Source of the DNA: Trichosphaerium sp. ATCC 40318
Taxonomy: Eukaryota > Protista > Tubulinea
Reading direction: 5' to 3'
Length of the DNA stretch: 64,000 bases
Assembly (NCBI GenBank): GCA_038496445.1
Contig: JALMLS010000282.1
Location: 62,001 to 126,000 of the forward strand
Positions 25,289-37,049 of the stretch are shown in pieces (positions within the stretch are counted from its first letter, which is position 1; every line of letters begins with the position of its first letter). A program made the translations under genes and the position numbers. Under the pieces are notes generated by a model, which worked only from the letters and a program-made list of their open reading frames with translations, was not told the DNA's origin and searched no databases.

Positions 25289-28200
25289 ATGCAACCACAA
25301 GGATACGGTCCACCTGGAGGTTACCCTCCACAACCTGGTTACGGCCAACCACCAGTAAACCAACAAAATCAACAACCTCCTCTACCACCATACCAAGGAG
25401 ATGCTCCTCAACGCTTTGGTAGCTTTCCTGGACCTGCGCCGGGTGAAAACGGTCCACCGCCACCAGGCCAACCTACACAGGGCTATCCACCACAAGGACA
25501 ACCAGCGTACGGTCAACCGCCACCAGGACAACAACAACAAGGTTACCCACCGCAAGGGCAACCAGCCCCTCCACAAGGCAGACCAATGGCGGGCGGACCA
25601 CCACAGGGAGCTTTTAGAGGAGAACTAACAGCAAAGTTAAATAACATGTCGCTATCAAACCAACAAGGTCCACCAGTAGGGAAGCCAAAACCTGGTGTTG
25701 GCTTTAAACGTGGCGGTAATGTTACCCGACAACAAGGTTCTGGCGGTGCAGTACACTCTTTCAGCGAGTCCGAACGACGTGCTTTCGTTGAGCACATCAA
25801 TTCGGTTTTAGAGGGCAAAAAGGGCGCAATTAACATAGACCCGAACTCAGACGCTGTTTTTGAAACGATGAAGGACGGTGTACTCCTTTGGTACGTTAAT
25901 CAACCAATTTTTTTTTCGTTTCTACAAATAACTGGTTGCTTCCAACCGAATTTCTTCCAAAAAATGATTTACTAGCAAACTACATACTTTATACGTTCTA
26001 TTTTAATGTGTATTGTGTTTTTTTTTTTTTGCGTTAAAAACGCTTTGTTTTGCGTTAAACAATTACTTACGTGCTTTATTAGTAATCTATTGAACGCTTT
26101 AAGACCTTCTACAATAAAAGAATCAAGTATTAATCAAAAACCGAAAAGCAAGTTTCAAGCTTTGGAGAATATAAGTATGGCACTCAATGCTTGTAAGGAT
26201 TTGGGTATGAGATTAGTTAATATTGGTGCTGTGGATATTCATGAGGGCACTGTACGTGGAGACCCAAGATACCCGAAATTTTTTTTTTTTTCCTATATTT
26301 CAGCGCTCATACGCAATTACATCCAACAAGCATTCGCCTTGTATTTTTTTTACATCTTTGGGTAATGTTAGAGTGGAGAAAAGACGCTTTTTTTTTATAT
26401 TTTTCTTGGGTGTTTTTTAAGTTTTGTCGAGTTTGCTTGGCTTCTATGGAGCCTTTTTTGTGTAGTTTTATTTTTCGTGTTGCGTGCTTATAGATTTTTA
26501 TAGAAACATCTTGTTTTGGGTCTATTGTGGCAGATTATTAAGGTACCATCTTCGTTTTTTATTTTTTTAGTTTGGTGAAAAACACAGTCGACGCACTGTT
26601 GTATGGCGCGTGTATTGACCTATATGTAGTGGGGATTATTAAATGGACTCAATGTTGGTGATCATCCAGAACTTGTAGCTCTTATGCAAAATGATGAGGA
26701 CTTGAACCAATTTCTTAACTTGACACCAGAGGTAAAAATGAGCGAAAAAGAGCTGCTATAGTTTTTTTATTGTTTTGTAAATTACGTACTAATCTGATTA
26801 ATAATTAGGCGTCACTATTGAGATGGTTCAATTATCATTTAAAGCGTGCTGGACATCCTAGACAAGTTAAAAACTTTACAGGCGATATTAAAGACGCTGA
26901 GAATTATTTGGTTCTTCTTGAACAAATAGCACCTCAAATTGTACCAAAAGGTTGTCACAACGAACCAGATGAGAATAATCGTGCTGCTTGGGTATTGCAC
27001 TATGCCGATCAACTGGGTTGTAAAAAGTTTTTGCATGATCCATCAGACATTCTAAAGGTATGTAACATTCGTGCCTGTACGAAAAGCTAATTGTTTTTGA
27101 AGCCAAATCCAAAGTTGAATTTGGCTTTCACAGCGAACTTGTTCAACAAACATCCTGGCCTACAAGCAGATAACTTTGACCAAGAACAACAAAAAGCAGT
27201 CGATGAAGCTAGAAAAAGAGCAGAGGCAAAATTTGCAGAAGAAGAAAGGTACAGCAAATTATATGAGCTAACTAGCTGTTTTTGCTTCTTTGCAGATTTT
27301 TTGCGTGAATTTCCACTTCTTCAACATGTATTGCTTCCGTAGCTCAGTTGGTTAGAGCGCACGACTGTTAATCGTGAGGTCGTAGGTTCGACCCCTACCG
27401 GGAGCGCTTAAATCTTTTCATTTTTTTTGACCTTTTCGGTTGTACTAAGATGCCACAGACTACGAAACGAACGATGGAAGAGAGAAGAAGAACAACAAAA
27501 GCGTCGTTTAGCGGAAATGGAGAATAACATGTAAGCACGACATTGTCTTTTTTTTTTCTCTGATTTCTCGTTAGGAAAAATAGCCTTGCTGCACGCGAAG
27601 CAGAGCATAATGCTCGTATGCAACAAGAAGCTCAGAGAAAAGCTGAAGAAGAAGCGTACCGTAATCAACAAATGCAACTCGCAGACCAAAATCGTGCTGC
27701 TCAGATGACTGCTGCTGATCAAGCACGCAGAGCACAAATTGACGCTGAAGAAAGGGTACATAACGTGGTTACTATTGAGTTGGTTTTAATGCATTGTTAG
27801 GCCATACAACAACGTAGATGGGAAGAAGAGCAAGCGCATAGGCGACGAATGGAAGAAGAAGGCAGAAGACATCAACAACAGATGCAGCAACAACAGCACA
27901 TGCAGACAATGCAGCAACAACAAGTATGATTCTTTTAATCTTTTAGTTACTTTCGTACCGTCTGTTTTTACTAACTACCTTTAACAGTGGCAGAGACAGC
28001 AACAGCAACAACAACAACAACGTGTTACAACTGTGCGTAGTTAAACATCTTCTACGCGACGACTACAAATCCTTATTTTAATACTAGACAACTACTACTC
28101 AGTTCAGACCACCTCCACCACGAACTACTACTGTTGTACATCAAAGAATATTCGCTATTGCTTGTTGGAGTTGTAAACGTCAATTTCAAGCCCAACCTGG

Positions 28201-28411
28201 TATTCCTCGTATCGCTTGTCCATATTGCAGGTGCGTTTTGTTGATTTTGATTTGCAAGTGAGTTTTGTTTGCTAAAACGTTACTTAGAGCCGTAAATTCA
28301 ACTGTACCTCAAGCTCCACCACCAGTACAACGTACTGTAGTAATACAACAACCAGTTGTTCAACCTACTACACAAACAGTAATTATACGTAAGAAGAAGT
28401 ACTACAGATAG
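25289..28411 (+). CDS. Fimbrin/plastin-type actin-binding protein: P/Q/G-rich N-terminus, one CH-pair, E/R/Q-rich coil, C-terminal Cys4 knuckle
   Basis: HSFSESERRAFVEHIN, KDGVLL, VNIGAVDI.EG..HLVLGLLWQIIK, LLRWFNYHLKRAG and NPKLNLAFTANLFNKHPGL. C-terminal CWSC...CPYC. Confidence 0.85.
27333..27406 (+). tRNA. tRNA-Asn (GTT), nested in an intron
   Basis: Acceptor stem GCTTCCG/CGGGAGC, D arm agctcagttggttagagc, anticodon arm cacga-ctGTTaa-tcgtg, T loop ggttcgac, oligo-T downstream. Confidence 0.97.
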
Positions 28412-28708
28412 AATAAAGGCGAAAAATGAGATTAAAAGCTTTTAATCTCAATACACAAGTTTGCGTGTACAGTGTTTAAAGTATAATAAATTAACCCCCT
28501 TTGCACGTTGTAACAGCTGGTATGCACTTCCTTTACTTGCGTGACTGTTTATGGTTTGTCTCGTTAAAATACGCCAATAATGTCAGGGACCCTGTTTAGA
28601 ACATATTAGAGTACATATATGTGTCTTTGGGTTGGTTTAGTTGTGACACTTAAAAAGTGACTTCACCATTTCTGTTAACTGCTTTTGTAAAACGAATCGT
28701 GGCATAGT

Positions 28709-31210
28709 ATGGCTGATAAACAGACTCCAGGTGATACCAGTACGCTACATGTAATTGTACTAGAATGACATTTAACAGAACATCAGATTCTGAGTTTCCA
28801 CCGCCTGGTACACCTCCAATACACGTAAATTTGTCTCCTAGTCATAAATATACGATACATTTTGTACGGGAACCAGACTACAACGTAAAATTGATCTAAA
28901 TACGTTACAGCATGATATTTCAATGCAAATACCATCTCCAAGAGCATACAAATGCGTCACGTTTGTAACAGATGGTATGCGCCAAGTAGGCCAACAAGAG
29001 TGTATGTTAACGTGTATTTGGAGCCCTGGAATCACTTTAGAGGGTCTGAAAGGACAAGTGTTTCAATTATTGAAAGTTATCTACGAATACGCTGCAAAAG
29101 GCGTTATAGCCACTCACGGTACGCCAATGACATTGCAGAAGCTTACCATACCTATATTAATACGTTTTTCGTACGCTGAGGCTTTTATTAAGGTTCACAG
29201 TCAAATTTTGGTGGTGGGTTCATTACCTCCAACGTGAGGGGTGTATTATATGCTGAAGTGGATCGTGCACTTGTCTCATCCCTCATACCAGGTATGGACA
29301 TTTCGCTAGACGTAATTTGTAAGGCGCACGTGCTGTAACTTGTAATTTTTTTTTCGCAATTTTTTTCTGTTCAAAAAGCATAGCAAGGTTTGCACTACTT
29401 TGCGCTACAGAAAACAGCATTTTTTAGTCAATCGTGGTTCTAATCAATTTCGTCCATGTGGTTTCTTTCCTGTATTGTTAATGTCTTGAGATTTTTGTGC
29501 CACTTTTTTGAAAAGTTTTTGATTTAACACGTGATTTCTGGTTTTCTTTAATTTTTTTGCTTACGATAAAGATGGCATACTTGATCCTAAAGTAAGTTAT
29601 TTATCAGTAATAACACTTTCTTCACTGGAGTTTGATATGTATTCTATTGCAGGCGAGACGAGGTATAAGAAGTTTTCTTATTTTTTTCTGAATTGTTCAC
29701 TGTCTACTTTGTTGTCCAAGTTCATGAATATCTAGTTGATAACTTTTACCTTCAGGGTTTTGGCTTTACTCGGAAACTACTATAGAACATATCCATATCC
29801 TTTTTGGAGCGATCCAGGGCGACAGTGTGTAATTGGCAACTATGACTTAAACAATGAAATTCTTGGTTCAATTTCGAAAATACGTCTAAAGTATGGCCTT
29901 TCTTGACCCTTAAGGCTTATTCAAAGTAATCAATACTATCTAGGGATTGTACTACAAAGTTACAAAAGCTTGATGATACTGTTATACTACGTATATTAGA
30001 CAAGGATTGCGCTAAGTTGACTGAATCTTTTGATAAGCTTGCTGCTTCTCAAGCAATTGCTATCATTACTGGTATTGGTCACCGAGAAGATTGTCATCTT
30101 GTATGGTACCCAGATGCTAATCAAGGCGGTTTACGAGTTATTGGAGCACCAAATTCTAAAGGTAAAAGAAAAACTGGAAAACAAGTCAATTTTTGTGTTT
30201 GTATTGTCTCTAATTTGTTTTAAAGGACAACATATTGGCGGTTCATATCTTATTATTGCTCCTGGAGATTTTAAAGAAAACAAAATCGTAATCATGGTAG
30301 ATGTAAGTACAAACATGTTGCCTTAATTTCAAAATAACTTGAACCAATTTTCTGAAAAAGTTAGAGGTCAAACTTGTCAGAAATCACGTTTTTTTTGGAA
30401 TGTCTCTATTCCTGAAACTTATTATTTTATTGATGTTTTGCACATAAACATTTTTTACCAAGTGGACATCTCTTTTTTCTATTCAGGTTTTTTTTCGTCA
30501 CGTTATTCTTTTTGTAAAATCACAAAAAAAAGCTTTTCAAACAAGACTTCTTCAAGCTACCGTACTTGCTTTTCTAAACAATTTTTTCGCTTTTTGAACG
30601 GATAAGTATTTCAACAGCAACTAAAGTAACTGTGTAGGGATTTTCTCTTTTTATCAATCAAGAAACATTCTCAGAAATTAGAGCAAGAATAAAAGAAAAA
30701 GATACCGAATACTTTGTTCAAACACAAAAAGATTCACCGTCATTCAAACTACTCATAGCATCAAGTACATTTATAAACCCTATAGATGGACAAAAACTTG
30801 TTGCATCATCAGGTTGGGTTACATACGGAAAAGACAACAAAGACAACAATGACGAAGTAAGCGTTGAAATAGTTCTTTTAACATCTGACAGTGAACTTAA
30901 AAAAAACGTCAGTGTTGAGTCCTTAGTGTCTTTTATCAAACCAATACTATCAAGAGTAGAGTCCTATGCAAAGGATAAAGGACCTAGAATAGTACCTAGC
31001 GCTGCATTACAGTTTGAGGTTGATAAGGAAAGCCTCAAAGTGACAGTTTCTGGTTCGGAAGAAGGTGATATTTTATCTGATGAAACAAAAAATGATTTAA
31101 AAGATATTGGTTTACAAAGTGGTTCTTCTTCACTTCAAGTAAACGGTAGCATTAAATTTCTTGTAACTTTAAAGCACAATGGCTCAATATCTGATAATAA
31201 CAACTCATAA
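28709..31210 (+). CDS. SARA/endofin C-terminal-domain (DUF3480-like) protein, multi-exon
   Basis: FVTDGMRQVGQQE, RVLALLGNYYRTYPYPFWS and EDCHLVW resemble conserved SARA/endofin C-terminal blocks. No FYVE motif is visible. Confidence 0.6.
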
Positions 31211-31452
31211 TAAAAGTATAAATGGTCGAAGTAAGCCTACTTTTCCTTTCGTCAAATTGAGCACTCTTTCTTACTTGGTTCAGAATGCGCTATTTCTTCG
31301 CCACCAGAGTCAAAATCTTCAATACCTTCCTGCATTGGTAACAAAAGAAGAGTTAAAGATATATATCTTTGATGAGGCAATGTTGTCAAACAAGATTTTA
31401 CGTGATTACTAAATCATTCTGAGGCTTTATTTGATCATTTTTTTTTTACTTT

Positions 31453-32664
31453 TTACAAATCAGGTTTTGAATCATCCTCTGTGAACTCGTCTTCAACATC
31501 ATTTTCTTCATCAAGTCTTTCTGTATGCAGACAAGGCAATCCACCACTATCTACTTTCATTTTTATCACGTGAGAATATAAATTTCCTCCTTCACTACCT
31601 GTGAAACAATCGGAGATGTAATCTGGGTACTCATACGTAATCTCCATACCAGTAATGTACTGGCAATTTTCACACGTTTTTTTCAATTTCTCAGGTAAAG
31701 ATGACTCCATAAAGTACTTGCTATAATTTCCATAGTTTTCCAATGTTTTAGGGTTCAATGGATTACCATCAATAGCATCATCAATATGTTGAACGATAAT
31801 GTCAGCATGTGTTCCTTCGTATGTTATACCAGAACCATCTGTCATATCTTTGATTCCCGATTTCATCGCATGCGCTACACCCTTTCGAAGCATTTCAAGG
31901 CTTTCAAAAACGCCTATGGACCATACCTCAGTACCATTGCCTCTCCAAGTATCTGTTGTAGCAGTCAACCATATATTTGGATGCATAGCATCGAATTTAG
32001 GGTCGATAGAACCTTCCAATACATCAGTAACCCTATCGCTCATATCGTCATAATTTTGTTTTCCTTTGCCGTAACGCAGTCTTAAATCACGTGGGAAAAT
32101 AGGTGGTGGCACGTGTTCTTTACCTTGTTGCCCTGGAGGTACGTGATCATCAGGCCGTTCAGGTAGTTCACCAAGGCCATCGTGACCACTGAACCCGTAA
32201 TGACCGGTCATCATTACGTTCAAAGGAAGAGGAAGCATACTAAAACCAAAACTGTCTTCCCCGAAATAAAATATTGAAGATTGAGTTTTTACGGCGTCGT
32301 TCTCTTCTGCAGACAATGATGTATCTGTGCGTCTGTGTATCCATCTTAGCGCTTTTTTAGCTTGGTTTGCGTCTTGAGAGAGCTGAACTGGCTCAAACCG
32401 GCATGGATCGCAGAAGCCGTCGCATGCAGAGAATAATACGGCGATATAGAGCTCTTTTGGGATATTTTGGCGGTTAGAAGAGCGGTATTGGTTCCACAGC
32501 GTGTTGCCGTATGAATGCCATAGTTTACAGACCATTGGAATGTTGTGGAGGGAATATCGGTCTAAACAAACGAATACTTCAAGCCAACAGTCTGCAGTTA
32601 ATGATTCCGGACCATATGAGGTATTTTGCATTATTTCTAGGCGTTGCTTTGTATTGTTAGACAT
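31453..32664 (-). CDS. Intronless F-box protein, 403 aa
   Basis: Uninterrupted ORF with F-box LTADCWLEVFVCLDRYSLHNIPMVCKLW and an acidic C-terminus. Confidence 0.75.
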   Translation of the reverse strand: MSNNTKQRLEIMQNTSYGPESLTADCWLEVFVCLDRYSLHNIPMVCKLWHSYGNTLWNQYRSSNRQNIPKELYIAVLFSACDGFCDPCRFEPVQLSQDANQAKKALRWIHRRTDTSLSAEENDAVKTQSSIFYFGEDSFGFSMLPLPLNVMMTGHYGFSGHDGLGELPERPDDHVPPGQQGKEHVPPPIFPRDLRLRYGKGKQNYDDMSDRVTDVLEGSIDPKFDAMHPNIWLTATTDTWRGNGTEVWSIGVFESLEMLRKGVAHAMKSGIKDMTDGSGITYEGTHADIIVQHIDDAIDGNPLNPKTLENYGNYSKYFMESSLPEKLKKTCENCQYITGMEITYEYPDYISDCFTGSEGGNLYSHVIKMKVDSGGLPCLHTERLDEENDVEDEFTEDDSKPDL

Positions 32665-32838
32665 TTATGAAGAAAATAACGGAAAAAAAAACACAAAATG
32701 ACAATAGTTCTCTGAAAACCTCATTGAAGCTTTCCAGGAAATGCTGTTATTCTTCAATTTCGTCCAGTAGCACTCCTTGAAAGAATAATAAACATACCAC
32801 ATCCACCATGTATTACTTGAAAAATCTAGACAAGCGTT

Positions 32839-33105
32839 TGAATTCTTGAGACCGAGGATTTGACCCGAAATAGCGCTATTTTGTTTTAGCGCTAAGCCTG
32901 ATTTTTGAGGAGGGTTTGTGAGCATAGGTAACCTTGTGCAACTCTCCAAGCTACACCGTGTATCCTTATGAAGTACTTCACATGAGTATAAAAGCAGAAA
33001 GTCACGTGCGCGCTACAAATCGATAGTGGCCTTTTACAAAGTAGGCTTAGCGCTACAATACAATAGCGTTATTTCAAATCAAATCCCGAAGCTCAACTGA
33101 ACTCA
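32839..33105. mobile_element. MITE-like element with long imperfect terminal inverted repeats
   Basis: Left end gatttgacccgaaatagcgctattttgttttagcgctaagcct matches the reverse complement of the right end, gatttgatttgaaataacgctattgtattgtagcgctaagcct. Non-coding, with related copies at 42600 and 16440. Confidence 0.75.
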
Positions 33106-33644
33106 ACATCATAATTTAGGTTTTCTTTTCCTGGCTTCGGTTTTGGTTTGTTATTATGCTCTTGGAAATCAACAACTGGTTTTCTTACATTACGTTTACG
33201 TGGTTTTTCGAAATCCTCTCGAGTCTAAGTCGTTCTGCTCTGGAACCTTCTATTCCGGCTTCATTATCTTATTTTCTTCTGTAAATTTAGATACTGGTGC
33301 TGAACGGGCAGTGGTAAAATTTAACAACTGTTTTCAGTTCGGCCATTGGTTTTTTTTTTTTCATAGCTCTTCACCCAGAACCCATGGCCCTTCTCACAGC
33401 TGGAGTTACTACGCAATCGCGGAGATGAGTAGTATGCAGATTTAAGTAGCCTGTATCTCGCTTGCCATTATCAAGCATTGCCTTTGTGGAAGGCACCATA
33501 CTCCCTTGCTCTTATTTTCTCCAGGTAAGAGAAACTGATATGTATTGACTCTATTACCTGTACTCTCTAAAGTCGTTTCTTTCAGGCACTCTAAGCTACC
33601 AGCAGCTCAACCCATCTCAGTGAGCTTTTTCACATTATTCCATG

Positions 33645-34830
33645 CGCTAGCATCTGGCCTCTAAGACTGTTTAGATCGAAATTAAAAATACACCATCACG
33701 TGCTTTTTTATTGCTCTCATTAATGAAATTGACTAACAGTACGCTCCGTGTATGTTAACAGCAGAATAAGGGACCACAAGAAGAAGGATATAATTTATAT
33801 ACTACAACTTTCGTTTGCTTTTGGTGTTGCGTTTAGTTTAGAGCCTGAACAGAAGAACCTTGAACTTCAAAAAAAAACCAGTCTGTTTTCCTGTTAGTAT
33901 GCACCAATTAAAAAAGTAGGTTTTACTTCCAGAAATGTACAAGGATATTAGGCAAACAAAGAAAACAAAGTTTGCTTAATTTGGAACATTTGTGACCACA
34001 ACGAGTGTGAGTAGAGTGTGGTTTGTTTAGGGTGACTAGGGTAGTCGTGAGAACCGTGCCGTTTCGCGTGAACGCGCACAGGAAGATTAGTAAACCCTCC
34101 AAACACCACTCAACATAAAACAACCATCTTCACCATTAACAAGATCGATTTTTATTCAACAAAAAATAAGTAGTAACTGTGAGTTAGAAACTGAAGCTAG
34201 CTCAAATATCTAACTTTCGTAGATTGCCTGGTTTAGAGTTTAAGCTCGTCACCAACTCAGCTCAATAGTGTACCTGATATCCGGATTTGAGCTTCTTTCA
34301 ATCCTTGACACTGAGTATGGTGGAAATGTTATTTTGTTTTAATGTCACTGAGTATACACATGCCGTAAGTACATGAAGTTCATACGGTTCATGCCACACT
34401 AGCAGCTTCCAACATTCTTCAAGCCCAAGAAACTATCTCAACGTTTGATTCCATTTCAGAAAAGAGCCTTCATTTTCAATGTAATAATAGCATATGCGGT
34501 TTGCTGATCGTAGAATTGTTTGATACAAACTGTTTGTATTATACACGTGATTTTTGTAAAACCAAATACAACGTACCTGTTTTATTTCCTTCAGCTCTTG
34601 ATGCTTTCTTTGGTTTATGTAGCGTGTACATGTACATACCCACCTAATTAAATACTATGGTCACTTGCTTGAGTTTCATTGCCGACATTGAAATGTGCAA
34701 AAAATTCGTCTGGTCAAACACAAAACGTGAATAAAATTAACTACCTAAACACACGAACCCATGGCAGAACCTCAGACTTTAGACATTAATTTACAATATG
34801 TTAACCGCTTGGCCACTGGTTTCCAACATT
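33645..34830. repeat. Segmental duplication, inverted copy at about 49680-51405
   Basis: Colinear reverse-complement matches: 33732-33783 vs 51238-51288, 34060-34088 vs 50766-50795, 34150-34475 vs 50365-50680, 34560-34830 vs 49680-49908. Confidence 0.9.
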
Positions 34831-36129
34831 CAATGGTAATCGCAGACGATGGCTTTGTTTACACGTGGGGAGTACACGATGAGCGCCAATTGGGTAACAC
34901 AGGCGTAAAAATGAGTTCCATCGCAAGACCAATAAAGTCACTTGTAAATATCGTCTGTATTGCTGCCGGATACAAGCATAGCGTTGCAGTTGATTTAAAC
35001 GGTATTGTGTATTCATGGGGCTTTAATGAATACGGTGAATTGGGTCTGGGTAACTTTGCGTCACCTGTTTCGTCACCAACACGTGTTCCAGATCTCCCAA
35101 AAATCGCCCAAGTCGCTGCTTATAATGTGAGTATGGCGTTATCACATTCAGGCCATGTCTACTCTTGGGGAGACAACCAATATCACGGATTGGGCCATTC
35201 ATTCGACAAGAAGAAAGTTTCATCACCAGTGGTTATTCCAAATCTTGAAAATGTTCAAAAAATTCAAACTAATCGCTTTGTAAGTGGAGCAATGACATCA
35301 ACAGGTCATGTCTTTCTTTGGGGAACAACAGGTGACAAAACAAATGATACAGCATTATTCTTGAATCCAAAAACAATTTCACGTGTTCCAAACATTGAAG
35401 ATGCCACTGATATTGCCATTGGTGTTTGGCATGTACTTGTTCTCCTCAAGTCAGGACAAGTATTTTCGTTTGGATACAACAACTGTGGGTATCTTGGGTT
35501 GGGTATTGATGACGAGTATGGTCAAAGTATCATCAAAGGACTGAATAACATCGTATCCGTCCATGCTGGTGCTTATTCATCATTTGCAATTGATGATGAA
35601 GGTTGTTTGTTTGGTTGGGGTAAAGGCAAATGGATTGATTCGTTCTATTCATACAAACCATTAAAATTACCTGGAAAAAAATATCATGAGTTTGCCAATA
35701 AAGAATTTCATTACTTGGCAATATCTCATGATTTCAGATTGGTCACAGGTGGTCGAAATGATTATGGAGGATCTTCGCCACAACAATTGACATTCAGTAA
35801 CCACAGTAAGGTACTCAATCATTTATTGTCAATATGATATGCAAACTGTTTGTTTTTAGCCAACATTCACTCAACCACGTGCTAGCGAATCAACCACCCC
35901 TTCAGTTGCTCCAACAACACCAACACCAGTTCAAAACAATGAAACTAATTGGGTGTCAGTATTGACAAGGTTGGGTATCTCAAGTGAGCGAGCACAAGAA
36001 CTTGGATCATTGATGAATGAACTCGACATTCAAGTCAATGAAATTGATCAAGAAGTGTTGAAAGAACTTGGATTCAACTTGGTGGAACGTATCAAGGTCA
36101 CAAAAGCAAAGAGAAATGGCCTTCTTTAG
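34761..36129 (+). CDS. RCC1-repeat beta-propeller protein with a C-terminal SAM-like helical domain (intact, 2 exons)
   Basis: RCC1 ORF to 35810, phase-0 intron to 35859, last exon PTFTQP...NWVSVLTRLGISSERAQELGSLMNELDI...LKELGFNLVERIKV*. Confidence 0.85.
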
Positions 36130-37049
36130 CGGCAATAGTGAATTTGTTTGCAACATTAAAATAGAGAATAAATAAAGAAAATTGAATCAAAACGCATCAC
36201 GTGATTATATAAAGACTAACACTTTAAACCACTTATTATCACATTCCCAATTTTTAAGCACACTTTGGTTAGAGGTTATTGTCTGCTTCAAGTTGATCGG
36301 CTGGCACAGGAACATGTGGAAGTTTGTCCGCATTTTTGAACTCAAAAGATGTTCACGACATTTATATTAGCAGCATTGTGTCGTATAACTTAGCTACGGT
36401 AATAGGACGAGTTGTTGCAGGTACGAGGTAAGGAGAATTCTAATTTTATTAATCTTATTACAAAATATTAAGGAACTTCGTTATATTCAGATAACGAATG
36501 ACGGATATGAACGTGTTCATATACGACAATTGTAGTTAATGGATACACAAAAACAACGTACACGTGATGTTATTTACGGTTAACCAAAAACGGTTTAAAT
36601 AAAACACCGAATATAGCGAAAACTGATATCGCAATACAACACCAGGACCGTAATGCTCACTTTTAATCACTTTTAGCACTTGTGTTTAGATTTTAAACGC
36701 GTAGGATTTGTTTCGCCGACATCCAATCAAGAAGTGGACATAGAACGTTTGAGTTAACAACCACAAAGAACATAACCACAAGCAGAAATAGTTTTTTTGC
36801 ATCCGTGCGTGGAAAAGTTCACAACAGCGCTTCTATCTTTGCAACATGGGCAACAAGCTGCTCATTTGTGGCTACCCCACAACCGTGTTCAACATAATCA
36901 CGTGTATTTTTTTCCTTCGGAAGAAGTTTGTCACTCCAGCGCATACCTATACAATAAAAGGTTGTTACCACAAATAGAAAAATCAAGGATTAAAAGTAGC
37001 AAAAGACAAAATAAAATCTTCTAGCGCTGTACTTGCGCTTGTACCGATA

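Noticed and set aside
25239-25836. Antisense and alternate-frame ORFs over the fimbrin-like exon (and similar ones over RCC1, MORN and Rho genes)
   Set aside because: Shadows of real coding sequence with no independent motifs.
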